This document shows, piece after piece, positions 49,801 through 64,000 of a stretch of DNA of 64,000 nucleotides (position 1 is the first letter of the stretch; every line of letters begins with the position of its first letter). Where the stretch lies: the NCBI GenBank assembly GCA_951406725.2, contig OX597843.1, forward strand, positions 18,104,001 through 18,168,000. Reading direction: 5' to 3'. The DNA comes from Octopus vulgaris. Its lineage: Eukaryota. The notes under the pieces were generated by a model. The model was not told the DNA's origin and ran no database searches. It saw only the letters and a program-made list of their open reading frames with translations. The position numbers and the translations under genes are program-made.

Positions 49801-52800
49801 TCAGAAGATGAAGTATATAGGGTGGGACCATCTAATTGAAGAACGCTAGTATAATAATGGTAAAATGGAATTGTTTTTATATATTCAAGTTGTCAATTGT
49901 GAATTAAGATGTATATGAAGTTAACAAAAATTTCACGAGCTTTAATATGGTAAACAACCTTACAGCGTAACATTCAACATATAAATATAAAATTAAAAAT
50001 AAACATTATTTTGTGTAATTTAAGAATGATTTGCAAAGTTTTTATTTTTGCTTTATTGACTAACATAAAGGTAAGGTAAATTTGACTTCTGTTTGTAGCA
50101 TGAAAAATTACCACATATTAGAAAAGATCTTATAAAGTGATTCTTAAAGAGTCCTTCAATTTTAAAGTTACCTAATAGTTATGATGGGTAAGAGAGAACG
50201 AGCTGAATGGCACCACGTACCTAGTCAGAAACTACATCAGACCTAACAGATTTCGGTTGATGCAGTGACCAGCGCTGTCGCCCGACCTAAATACCATCGA
50301 AAATTCATGGTAAAGGTTGGGTAGCGCTTTGAAAAGTATTAAGACAGAATTTTTAAAACAATTATTAGCCGAAAGTGGGAAAATATCTCCGCAACAGTGA
50401 TAAATGATCTGAACATTTCTATGTTTCGCAGATGCAAATCTGTATTAAGCAATTTTGGGGTCACAAAATACTGACTCTGTGATTTTATTGTTTTTTAGGG
50501 ATTACAGAATGAATTTTAAAAGCAAAAAAATCATAAAATATGAAATGTTACATGTTGTCCTTAAGTTAAATGGTACTCTAAATTATGATAATTAAGATTT
50601 ATTTTTAATTTAAAATTAACATATTGATGTTACGCTGTAAAGCTGTATACCCTATTAAAGCTCATAAGAGTTTCTTTAATTAGATATACAAATTAATTCA
50701 AAATTTACAAGTTGAATATATATGTATAAAAAATGACATTTGAACATTAGTAAATTAGGGTTCTTAAGTTCGATGACGCCACTGCAATTGTTTGGAAAAT
50801 GAGGATTTAGTGTCAAAAAAGGAAAGAAGGATGTAGAAAGAAAACAAAGGGAAACTGTTCTTCAGCTGCATATAGATGAGAGATTACTAAACAAGGATTG
50901 AGTGACGAAGGACACTTTAGTTTCTGAGTGGTCAAATTAGAAGAAGGCGTATAGATTCCCAAACAGCTGGCTCTTGGTGTGTGTGGAGGGAATTAGGATG
51001 TAAAGTTTTGGAAAACGCAATTCAATGTGTGTTGGTGTCTAAGTATGCTTGAATGTTTGTGTGTATGAACCTGTGTGTGTATGGATTTACGTGTGTAGGT
51101 ATGTGTATAAGTATGTACTGTATGTATGTATGTACACATCCATGCATGTATATGTTTGTATGCAAAAAGTATGTGTGTAGGTTTGTAATGTATGCATGCA
51201 TGTATATATGTATGTATGTGTGTATGTATATATATATGCTCGCATGCATGCATGTATCTTCGTATATGTGTGTGTGTGTTTCTACCCGTGTATCTACGTA
51301 TGTATGCATGCATGTATGTGCGCGTACTGATGTATGTAGTTATGTAAGTATGTATGTGTGTATATGTACATATTCCATGTGTGTATGTATATAGGTATAG
51401 ATGAATACTTGCATGTAGGTACCTATGTATGTATGCACGCATATATGCACCTACGTGCATATGTATGTGTGTATGTATGTATGTAAATGTATATGTGTGT
51501 ACGTATGTATGTATATATATATGATTGTGTTTATGCATGCATGTTTATATGTATGGATTCATGTATGTGTCTATGTATCTGCGTACGTATGTCTGTGTGT
51601 ATATATTTATGTATGTATGCATGTGTGTATGCACTTATGTGTGTATATATGTATATGCGTGTGTATGAATGAATGTATGTGTGCAGCATGAATATGTGTA
51701 CGTAAGTGTATGTATGTATGTATGTATGTATGTATGTATGTATGTATGTATGTATGTATGTATGTATGTATGCAAGTGTATATATATGTACGTATATATG
51801 TTCGTATATATGTATGTGTGTACATATGTGTGTATGTATGTGTATATGTAAGTATGCATGTTTGTATGTATATGTATGTCTGTGTGTATGTATATGTGTA
51901 TGCATATGTGCATATTTGTATGTGTGCATATATGTATATAAATGTATTTATATGCGTATATGTACATGTATTTGTGTATGTATGAGTGTATGTATGTATA
52001 TCTGTGTGTGTATGTATGTATGTGTAGATGTGTATTTGTATGTGTGTATATATGTTTGTATGTATATTTGTATGTATGTGGGTATGTGTGTACGTACTTA
52101 CGTATGTATGTTCGTGCGAGGGTGCGTCAAAAAGTAATGCCATTTTGTTTAGGAAAGTTATAATTACCAACACAGGAACATGTATCATACATCAAAATGA
52201 ATCTTGGCCCCAGTGAATCACATTTGAGCCACTTGTTCACCACAGTTCTTACTTACTTGTCACTGGTATAATGTTTGCCTCACAAACCCTCTTTTGTTGC
52301 ACCGAAGAGATTATAGTCTGAAGTGCAAAATCTGGTGAGTGTGGAGGTAATGAAGAAATGGCTGAAAGAACAGTCAACCGAAATTCACGGGGCGGGGATA
52401 CATGCAGTCATTCGAAGGTGTAACATTGCTTTTGAGAGAAATCGGCAACTATGTTGTGGAGTAGGGATGTGATCCACTGGGGACCAGCTTCATTTTAGTG
52501 TATGATACTTGTTCATGGACGGCCATCATGTCTCTCGGTCTGTCTGTCTGTCTGAATGTATGTATGTATGTCGCTCTTGAGTGCTATTGGGAACATGTAA
52601 CCCAGTACAACCTGTTTCATGATCGGGTCGTCGGCGACTAAACCGGCAACCCCACCAGGCTAGCTTGGTGACGAGGGTGTTGTTGGACACTCTGCTGGAT
52701 GAAAAATAAGACTCGTGAAATTGCGCATGTACTCCTGAACTGTCAATTTCTTTATTAACCATATAAGGTAAAGAAAATGGGGTGATGATGCAAGGAGAGA

Positions 52801-53134
52801 CAAAACAATTATTGGTGTCAAGGTATCGAATGATCCCCTGACGAACGTATGAAGTTTGCAAATCCAACGGAGGCCTCAAGCGACATTTTAAAACCTACAA
52901 ACAGCAGAATTTATCTGCAGGTCTTGGTGGGTCAATTGGAGGAGGAATCTATATGGGTGTCTTTTCAGAATATTCTTTCATTTGAAAAGCCACATCAGGC
53001 ACCATAATGGTGCTAAGGTGTCGGTAAGGAGGTGGTCAAACTCTGTATAAGGAGTAGACAACCACCATGTATGTATGCATGTATGTATGTATGTATGTAT
53101 GTATGTATGTATGTATGTATGTATGTATGTATGT

Positions 53135-53166
<32 letters not shown>

Positions 53167-56100
53167 GCTTCAGTTCTTTTGAAAGGGATCATAACTTACC
53201 CGTTCTTTCAGCAGTTCAGAGGCTCATTTAGAAATCGAAGAGCTTCCCCAATGTTTTCAGACAATATTTGTAACTTTCGTTCTGAGTTCAAATTTCGTCG
53301 AGGTCGACTTTGCCTTTCATCCTTTCGGGGTCTATAAATTAACTGCGTACTGAGGTCGATCTAATCGACTGGCCCTCTCCCCTAAAATTTAGGGCCTTGT
53401 GCCTAGAATAGTAAAGAATATTTATGTCACTAGTATTATAATTTTCAACCAAATGTTTACAGTTCTTTTTGTTTCTTTTTGGTGGGGGGATGTTTAAATT
53501 TTCCCTCTGTTCTCTCTCTCTCTCTTACTTCAAGAAACTTTTGAACCAAGCCTTTCTCCTCTCCATGTTGTTATCAATTTCTCTCGTTCTCTTCACCTCT
53601 CGCATCCACTAACCACGTGATAGCGTATTTCATCGGACGGGCACGCGCTCGCCCACCCGCACACGCTGCCTCCGACGGACTTCTTTCAGTGTCCGTCAAT
53701 CAAATCCATTCACAGGACTTTTCATGTCCTTTGTCTGGAAATCTTTCGTCACACATCCTGTGACCTCTTCATAAAGTAATAAGAATAATAAACCTAAAGG
53801 AAAGAACGCATCCATTACTGATTACATCAAAGAGAAGAAAAAAAAAGCAAAAAACAAACAGATTTAATTTACTTCCCTTAGTCTTTTAATTACGTTTGTT
53901 AAGGCAGAATTTTAGATTTAAAACTGCTCCAAGTCAACTTTTGTCTTTCATCCTTCTCTGGACAATAGAATAATGCACCAGTCGCATTCCTGGGTCAATT
54001 GTATCGATTATGCCCCTCCCCATCGATTAAAATCTTGTGAATATGTTAGAAATCAGAAAATAGTTCAAGGAAGCAGAGGGGTGGGTGGGTTGTAAAGACT
54101 GGTCTTACATATGTTCTGGTGGTCTTCAGGGACGAGTTCCTCATTCTGACCAGAATGGAGTGACGCTGAAAGAGAGAGGACAAGGTAGACAGCGGCATTC
54201 CTGGTTCACCTCCATATTTAGAGAAGAGAGGGGACTACTTAACCTGTTTCCCCAAACCCTCAAAACAACCCCTTCACGCGCATTTATAGTGACATTAGGA
54301 GGGACCAGCTGCTGGGTTCTGGCAAGGTACTACTTACACTGCCAGAACCAATAGTGGAATGGAATCTGAAGGAGCCGGGCATAAGTGAAATGGGAAAAGT
54401 GATGAAGATGGTGAGATTTATCACAGCATAGTAGAATGGTTTACAATGTCTATAAGGATTGCTGGAAGCTACTCTATTGGGTGTGGAGGTTCCTACATAT
54501 GACCTGGAGGAGAAGATAGGTTACCCAGTCACAGACATACATCGAAGGGATGAATATACCGAAGGAGACAAGGGCCGAGATTATCAACCTATGTCGAGTC
54601 ATCCCCTTGCTCAGTGTAGAAAGCAAGATTCTCTTAGACATTGTGTCTGAGTGCCCCTCCAACTTTCTGCTAAAGAACGATTGTATAGACAGGGTTTTAT
54701 GGAAGGGAGTCATACTGAGCTGGGTGTCACTGTTTTCCCTGTGTATTTGGTTTAACAAGGGATCAAAGAAAGTCAGACGGGACCTGGCTGTATTGGGGTG
54801 AGATTTATTTAAACGCTTTTGACTCCATAACACAGAGCTTGATTTTTAACTTTCTACCGACAGAAAGCTTTTAAATTGTCGAGAACTGAAATTCTTCTAT
54901 GTCTCTGTCTTATATCTGCCTTCGAATCGTTTGCTGCCGTCTTTATCCGATGTCTATAGAAAACGGCTTGTCTTGCAGTGTTCGACTCACATCCATTTCA
55001 TCGTGTTGAATTCGACCGAAGAAAACGAAGCCATTTGACGTTGATTAGGTCTGATGACGTCGACTGGCAAGGTTTGAGGTGGTCAGCGTTCTCGTCTAGG
55101 AAACGTCGCTTAAGAGGAAACCCTGGGATGCTATAGAGAATAATTTGCTGGGGTGGGCGGATAAGACAGTTCTCAATACAAAGCTTCACTACACGACTCC
55201 ACACATCGGATGGCAAATCGTGTCGCTGGTGAGAAGAGACTCAATAAATCACAGTGTTTTTGCTCTTCTGAAGGTTTTCCATCAAGATCGCTTTTAATTG
55301 CATGAAAATTCATAGAAAATTGAAGGATTCTTTAAGAAACACTTAGAAGAACTTTTCTAATATGTAGTAATTTTTCACGCTAGAAACAGAAGCCAAATTC
55401 CCTTTGTTTTTCGTGTAAAAACTGAAGAATATTCAGAAGCATTTATAAAATGAAATCGACCTATTTCTGGTGTCACCAGATTCTTAAAACGGCAAGTAAA
55501 AATTGGACACTTTGAGAATACTCTATAAACAATATTTGTCTACAGGTGACCTAGAATCATGCTGAAAATAACAGTCAATTACTCTGACTTTTGCGTTGTT
55601 TTACACATAAAAATTTAAGAAGGTATTTTTTCTTTTACTAGAAATGTTGCTCATTGATGGTGACAACTGAAGGACACTTTACGAAGCATTTCTAAAATCT
55701 AGAGCAAAGAAGTCCCACGTAACACAAAAGTTGACTGATTGCAGGAATTTAAAACAGAAATGGAGGACGGGGTGACACGAGAAAATATAACAATTATGGA
55801 TAAGAAAGTAGAAATGATAACCAAGAAAGTACCAAATCTGTATTAAGTAATTTTGTGTTCCCAAAATACTGACTCTGTGATTTTATTGCTTTTTAGGGAT
55901 TACAGAATGAATTTTAAAAGCAAAAATATCATAAAATATGAAATGTTACATGTTGTCCTTAAGTTAAATGGTACTCTAAATTATGATAATTAAGATTTAT
56001 TTTTAATCTAAAATTAACATATTGATGTTACGCTGTAAAGCTGTATACCCTATTAAAGCTCGTTAGAGTTTCTTTATTTAGATATACAAATTAATTCACA

Positions 56101-58633
56101 ATTTACAAGTTGATTATATATATATATAAAATGACATTTGAACATTAGTAAATTAGGGTTCTTAAGTTCGATGACGCCACTGCAATTGTTTGGAAAATGT
56201 GGATTTAGTGTCAAAACGGAAAGAAGGATGTAGAAAGAAAACAAAGGTAAACTGTTCTTCAGCTGCATATAGATGAGAGATTACTAAACAAGAACTGAGC
56301 AACGAAGAACACTTTAGTTTCTGAGTGGTCAAATTAGAAGAAGGCGTATAGATTCCCAAACAGCTGGCTCTTGGTGTGTGTGGAAGGAATTAGGATATAA
56401 AGTTTTGGAAAACGCAATTCAATGTGTGTTGGTGTCTAAGTATGCTTGAATGTTTGTGTGTATGAACCTGTGCGTGTATGGATTTACGTGTGTAGGTATG
56501 TGTATAAGTATGTACTGTATGTATGTATGTACACATCCATGCGTGTATATGTTTGTATGCAAAAAGTATGTGTGTAGGTTTGTAATGTATGCATGCATGT
56601 ATATATGTATGTATGTGTGTATGTATATATATATGCTCGCATGCATGCATGTATCTTCGTATATATGTATGTGTGTTTCTACCCGTGTATCTACGTATGT
56701 ATGCATGCATGTATGTGCGCGTACTGATGTATGTAGTTATGTAAGTATGTATGTGTGTATATGTACATATTCCATGTGTGTATGTATATAGGTATAGATG
56801 AATACTTGCATGTAGGTACCTATGTATGTATGCACGCATATATGCACCTACGTGCATATGTATGTGTGTATGTATGTATGTAAATGTATATGTGTGTACG
56901 TATGTATGTATATATATATATGATTGTGTTTATGCATGCATGTTTATATGTATGGATTCATGTATGTGTCTATGTATCTGCGTACGTATGTCTGTGTGTA
57001 TATATTTATGTATGTATGCATGTGTGTATGCACTTATGTGTGTATATATGTATATGCGTGTGTATGAATGAATGTATGTGTGCAGCATGAATATGTGTAC
57101 GTAAGTGTGTATGTATGTATGTATGTATGTATGTATGTATGTATGTATGTATGTATGTATGTATGTATGTATGCAAGTGTATATATATGTACGTATATAT
57201 GTTCGTATATATGTATGTGTGTACATATGTGTGTATGTATGTGTATATGTAAGTATGCATGTTTGTATGTATATGTATGTCTGTGTGTATGTATATGTGT
57301 ATGCATATGTGCATATTTGTATGTGTGCATATATGTATATAAATGTATTTATATGCGTATATGTACATGTATTTGTGTATGTATGAGTGTATGTATGTAT
57401 ATCTGTGTGTGTATGTACGTATGTGTAGATGTGTATTTGTATGTGTGTATATATGTTTGTATGTATATTTGTATGTATGTGGGTATGTGTGTACGTACTT
57501 ACGTATGTATGTTCGTGCGAGGGTGCGTCAAAAAGTAATGCCATTTTGTTTAGGAAAGGTATAATTACCAACACAGGAACATGTATCATACATCAAAATG
57601 AATCTTGGCCCCAGTGGATCACATCCCTACTCTTTAATATAGTTACCGTTTCTCTCAAAAGCAATGTTCCTCCTTCGAATGAGAGCATGTATTCCTGCCC
57701 TGTAAAATTCTGTTGAATATTTTTTGAGCCACTTGTTCACCACAGTTCTTACTTACTTGTCACTGGTATAATGTTTGCCTCACAAACCCTCTTTTGTTGC
57801 ACCGAAGAGATTATAGTCTGAAGTGCAAAATCTGGTGAGTGTGGAGGTAATGAAGAAATGGCTGAAAGAACAGTCAACCGAAATTCACGGGGCGGGGATA
57901 CATGCAGTCATTCGAAGGTGTAACATTGCTTTTGAGAGAAATCGGCAACTATGTTGTGGAGTAGGGATGTGATCCACTGGGGACCAGCTTCATTTTAGTG
58001 TATGATACTTGTTCATGGACGGCCATCATGTCTCTCGGTCTGTCTGTCTGTCTGAATGTATGTATGTATGTCGCTCTTGAGTGCTACTGGGAACATGTAA
58101 CCCAGTACAACCTGTTTCATGATCGGGTCGTCGGCGACTAAACCGGCAACCCCACCAGACTTGTTGGTGACGAGGGTGTTGTTGGACACTCTGCTGGATG
58201 AAAAATAAGACTCGTGAAATGGCGCATGTACTCCTGAACTGTCAATTTCTTTATTAACCATATAAGGTAAAGAAAATGGGGTGATGATGCAAGGAGAGAC
58301 AAAACAAATATTGGGGTCAAAGTATCGAATGATCCCCTGACGAACGTATGAAGTTTGCAAATCCAACGGAGGCCTCAAGCGACATTTTAAGACCTACAAA
58401 CAACAGAATTTATCTGCAGGTCTTGGTGGGTCAATTGGAGGAGGAATCTATATGGGTGTCTTTTCAGAATATTCTTTCTTTTAAAAAGCTACATCAGACA
58501 CCATAATGGTGCTAAGGTGTCGGTAAGGAGGTGGTCAAACTTTATATAAGGAGTAGACAACCACCATGTATGTATGTATGTATGTATGTATGTATGTATG
58601 TATGTATGTATGTATGTATGTATGTATGTATGT

Positions 58634-58665
<32 letters not shown>

Positions 58666-61600
58666 GCTTCAGTTCTTTTGAAAGGGATCATAACTTACCC
58701 GTTCTTTCAGCAGTTCAGAGGCTCATTTAGAAATCGAAGAGCTTCCCCAATGTTTTCAGACAATATTCGTCACCTTCGTTCTGAGTTCAAATTTCGTCGA
58801 GGTCGACTTTGCCTTTCATCCTTTCGGGGTCAATAAATTAACTGCGTACTGAGGTCGATCTAATCGACTGGCCCTCTCCCCTAAAATTTAGGGCCTTGTG
58901 CCTAGAATAGTAAAGAATATTTATGTCACTAGTATTATAATTTTCAACCAAATGTTTACAGTTCTTTTTGTTTCTTTTTGGTGGGGGGATGTTTAAATTT
59001 TCCCTCTGTTCTCTCTCTCTCTCTCTTACTTCAAGAAACTTTTGAACCAAGCCTTTCTCCTCTCCATGTTGTTATCAATTTCTCTCGTTCTCTTCACCTC
59101 TCGCATCCACTAACCACGTGATAGCGTATTTCATCGGACGGGCACGCGCTCGCCCACCCGCACACGCTGCCTCCGACGGACTTCTTTCAGTGTCCGTCAA
59201 TCAAATCCATTCACAGGACTTTTCATGTCCTTTGTCTGGAAATCTTTCGTCACACATCCTGTGACCTCTTCATAAAGTAATAAGAATAATAAACCCGAAA
59301 GAAAGAACGCATCCATTACTGATTACATCAAAGAGAAGAAAAAAAAAAGCAAAAAACAAACAGATTTAATTTACTTCCCTTAGTCTTTTAATTACGTTTG
59401 TTAAGGCAGAATTTTAGATTTAAAACTGCTCCAAGTCAACTTTTGTCTTTCATCCTTCTCTGGACAATAGAATAATGCACCAGTCGCATTCCTGGGTCAA
59501 TTGTATCGATTATGCCCCTCCCCATCGATTAAAATCTTGTGAATATGTTAGAAATCAGAAAATAGTTCAAGGAAGCAGAGGGGTGGGTGGGTTGTAAAGA
59601 CTGGTCTTACATAAGTTCTGGTGGTCTTCAGGGACGAGTTCCTCATTCTGACCAGAATGGAGTGACGCTGAAAGAGAGAGGACAAGGTAGACAGCGGCAT
59701 TCCTGGTTCACCTCCATATTTAGAGAAGAGGAGGGGACTACTTAACCTGTTTCCCAAAACCCTCAAAACAGCCCCTTCACGCGCATTTATAGTGACATTA
59801 GGAGGGATCAGCTGCTGGGTTCTGGCAAGGTACTGCTTACACTGCCAGAACCAATAGTGGAATGGAATCTGAAGGAGCCGGGCATAAGTGAAATGGGAAA
59901 AGTGATGAAGATGGTGAGATTTATCACAGCATAGTAGAATGGTTTACAATGTCTATAAGGATTGCTGGAAGCTACTCTATTGGGTGTGGAGGTTCCTACA
60001 TATGACCTGGAGGAGAAGATAGGTTACCCAGTCACAGACATACATCGAAGGGATGAATATACCGAAGGAGACAAGGGCCGAGATTATCAACCTATGTCGA
60101 GTCATCCCCTTGCTCAGTGTAGAAAGCAAGATTCTCTTAGACATTGTGTCTGAGTGCCCCTCCAACTTTCTGCTAAAGAACGATTGTATAGACAGGGTTT
60201 TATGGAAGGGAGTCATACTGAGCTGGGTGTCACTGTTTCCCCTGTGTATTTGGTTTAACAAGGGATCAAAGAAAGTCAGACGGGACCTGGCTGTATTGGG
60301 GTGATATTTATTTAAACGCTTTTGACTCCATAACACAGAGCTTGATTTTTAACTTTCTACCGACAGAAAGCTTTTAAATTGTCGAGAACTGAAATTCTTC
60401 TATGTCTCTGTCTTATATCTGCCTTCGAATCGTTTGCTGCCGTCTTTATCCGATGTCTATAGAAAACGGCTTGTCTTGCAGTGTTCGACTCACATCCATT
60501 TCATCGTGTTGAATTCGACCGAAGAAAACGAAGCCATTTGACGTTGATTAGGTCTGATGACGTCGACTGGCAAGGTTTGAGGTGGTCAGCGTTCTCGTCT
60601 AGGAAACGTCGCTTAAGAGGAAACCCTGGGATGCTATAGAGAATAATTTGCTGGGGTGGGCGGATAAGACAGTTCTCAATACAAAGCTTCACTACACGAC
60701 TCCACACATCGGATGGCAAATCGTGTCGCTGGTGAGAAGAGACTCAATAAATCACAGTGTTTTTGCTCTTCTGAAGGTTTTCCATCAAGATCGCTTTTAA
60801 TTGCATGAAAATTCATAGAAAATTGAAGGATTCTTTAAGAAACACTTAGAAGAACTTTTCTAATATGTAGTAATTTTTCACGCTAGAAACAGAAGCCAAA
60901 TTCCCTTTGTTTTTCGTGTAAAAACTGAAGAATATTCAGAAGCATTTATAAAATGAAATCGACCTATTTCTGGTGTCACCAGATTCTTAAAACGGCAAGT
61001 AAAAATTGGACACTTTGAGAATACTCTATAAACAATATTTGTCTACAGGTGACCTAGAATCATGCTGAAAATAACAGTCAATTACTCTGACTTTTGCGTT
61101 GTTTTACACATAAAAATTTAAGAGGTATTTTTTCTTTTACTAGAAATGTTGCTCATTGATGGTGACAACTGAAGGACACTTTACGAAGCATTTCTAAAAT
61201 CTAGAGCAAAGAAGTCCCACGTAACACAAAAGTTGACTGATTGCAGGAATTTAAAACAGAAATGGAGGACGGGGTGACACGAGAAAATATAACAATTATG
61301 GATAAGAAAGTAGAAATGATAACCAAGAAAGTACCAAATCTGTATTAAGTAATTTTGTGTTCCCAAAATACTGACTCTGTGATTTTATTGCTTTTTAGGG
61401 AGTTCAGAATGAATTTTAAAAGCAAAAAAATCATAAAATATGAAATGTTACATGTTGTCCTTAAGTTAAATGGTACTCTAAATTATGATAATTAAGATTT
61501 ATTTTTAATCTAAAATTAACATATTGATGTTACGCTGTAAAGCTGTATACCCTATTAAAGCTCGTTAGAGTTTCTTTATTTAGATATACAAATTAATTCA

Positions 61601-64000
61601 AAATTTACAAGTTGATTATATATATATAAAAAATGACATTTGAACATTAGTAAATTAGGGTTCTTAAGTTCGATGACGCCACTGCAATTGTTTGGAAAAT
61701 TTGGATTTAGTGTCAAAAACGGAAAGAAGGATGTAGAAAGAAAACAAAGGTAAACTGTTCTTCAGCTGCATATAGATGAGAGATTACTAAACAAGAACTG
61801 AGCAACGAAGAACACTTTAGTTTCTGAGTGGTCAAATTAGAAGAAGGCGTATAGCTTCCCAAACAGCTGGCTCTTGGTGTGTGTGGAAGGAATTAGGATA
61901 TAAAGTTTTGGAAAACGCAATTCAATGTGTGTTGGTGTCTAAGTTTGCTTGAATGTTTGTGTGTATGAACCTGTGCGTGTATGGATTTACGTGTGTAGGT
62001 ATGTGTATAAGTATGTACTGTATGTATGTATGTACACATCCATGCGTGTATATGTTTGTATGCAAAAAGTATGTGTGTAGGTTTGTAATGTATGCATGCA
62101 TGTATATATGTATGTATGTGTGTATATATATATATATGCTCGCATGCATGCATGTATCTTCGTATATATGTATGTGTGTTTCTATCCATGTATCTACGTA
62201 TGTATGCATGCATGTATGTGCGCGTACTGATGTATGTAGTTATGTAAGTATGTATGTGTGTATATGTACATATTCCATGTGTGTATGTATATAGGTATAG
62301 ATGCATACTTGCATGTAGGTACCTATGTATGTATGCACGCATATATGCATCTATGTGCATATGTATGTGTGTATGTATGTATGTAAATGTATATGTGTGT
62401 ACGTATGTATGTATATATATATGATTGTGTTTATGCATGCATGTTTATATGTATGGATTCATGTATGTGTCTATGTATCTGCGTACGTATGTCTGTGTGT
62501 ATATATTTATGTATGTATGCATGTGTGTATGTACTTATGTGTGTATATATGTATATGCGTGTGTATGAATGAATGTATGTGTGCAGCATGAATATGTGTA
62601 CGTAAGTGTGTATGTATGTGTGTATGTATGTATGTATGTATGTATGTATGTATGTATGTATGTATGCAAGTGTATATATATGTACGTATATATGTTCGTA
62701 TATATGTATGTGTGTACATATGTGTGTATGTATGTGTATATGTAAGTATGCATGTTTGTATGTATATGTATGTCTGTGTGTATGTATATGTGTATGCATA
62801 TGTGCATATTTGTATGTGTGCATATATGTATATAAATGTATTTATATGCGTATATGTACATGTATTTGTGTATGTATGAGTGTATGTATGTATATGTGTG
62901 TGTGTATGTACGTATGTGTAGATGTGCATGTACGTATGATAGATGTGTATTTGTATGTGTGTATATATGTTTGTATGTATATATGTATGTATGTGGGTAT
63001 GTGTGTACGTACTTATGTATGTATGTATGTGCGAGGGGTAGTCAAAAACTAATGCCATTTTGTTTAGGAAAGGTATAATTACCAACACAGGAACATGTAT
63101 CATACATCAAAATGAATCTTGGCCCCAGTGGATCACATCCCTACTATTTAATATAGTTACTTTGAGCCACTTGTTCATTTACTTCCACAGTTCTTACTTA
63201 CTTGTCACTGGTATAATGTTTGCCTCACAAACCCTCTTTTGTTGCACCGAAAGAGATTATAGTCTGAAGTGCAAAATCTGGTGAGTGTGGAGGTAATGAA
63301 GAAATGGCTGAAAGAACAGTCAACCGAAATTCACGGGCGGGGATACATGCAGTCATTCGAAGGTGGAACATTGCTTTTGAGAGAAACGGCAACTATGTTG
63401 TGGAGTAGGGATGTGATCCACTGAGGACCAGCTTCATTTTAGTGTATGATACTTGTCATGGACGGCCATCATGTCTCTCTGTCTGTCTGCTGTCTGAATG
63501 TATGTATGTCGTCGCTCTTGAGTGCTACTGGGAAATGTAACCCAGTACAACCTGTTTCATGATCGGGTCGTCGGCGACTAAACCGGCAACCCCACCAGAC
63601 TTGTTGGTGACGAGGGTGTTGTTGGACACTCTGCTGGATGAAAAATAAGACTCGTGAAATGGCGCATGTACTCCTGACCTGTCAATTTCTTTATTAACCA
63701 TATAAGGTAAAGAAAATGGGGTGATGATGCAAGGAGAGACAAAACAAATATTGGGGTCAAGGTATCGAATGATCCCCTGACGAACGTATGAAGTTTGCAA
63801 ATCCAACGGAGGCCTCAAGCGACATTTTAAGACCTACAAACAGCAGAATTTATCTGCAGGTCTTGGTGGGTGAAATTGGAGGAGGAATCTATGTGGGTGT
63901 CTTTTCAGAATATTCTTTCTTTTGAAAAGCCACATCAGGCACCATCTAGGTGCTAAGGTGTCGGTAAGAAGGTGGTCAAACTCTATATAAGGAGTAGACA

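Larger units (their letters stand above)
38831..64000. repeat. Large tandem array (macrosatellite) of a 5.4-6.4 kb unit
   Basis: Anchor cagttcttttgaaagggatcataacttacc at 38831, 40516, 46872, 53171 and 58670; units 40516-46871 (6356 bp), 46872-53170 (6299 bp), 53171-58669 (5499 bp), 58670-end (cut by the window). Confidence 0.97.

Overview
AT-rich, microsatellite- and transposon-dense eukaryotic DNA. The repeat families look cephalopod/Octopus-like, which is an inference from remembered repeat types and not from a database search. The left half (about 2.8-31 kb) holds one spliced + strand gene that I assembled by hand from GT/AG sites with consistent exon phases (8 coding exons, 1182 nt, about 393 aa). 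It encodes Mind bomb-like ankyrin repeats, a RING-HC finger with His replaced by Gln, and a C-terminal death domain. Its first coding exon is tandemly duplicated, and the two copies differ only at amino-acid-changing codons. The introns are filled with RTE-type LINE pieces, tRNA-SINEs, a CR1-like fragment, a full-length dead Tc1, a Helitron, MITEs and foldbacks. The 31-38.8 kb interval is transposon debris (RTE, hAT, mariner, and an LTR-like segment with a 39-bp minisatellite). From about 38.8 kb to the window end lies a head-to-tail array of a 5.4-6.4 kb unit (3 complete copies, 1 nearly complete copy, 1 diverged partial copy). The unit is built from fossil retroelements and microsatellites plus one CpG-rich promoter-like island, and the copies are mosaics of one another. 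Most ORFs in the supplied track are microsatellite or transposon artefacts.
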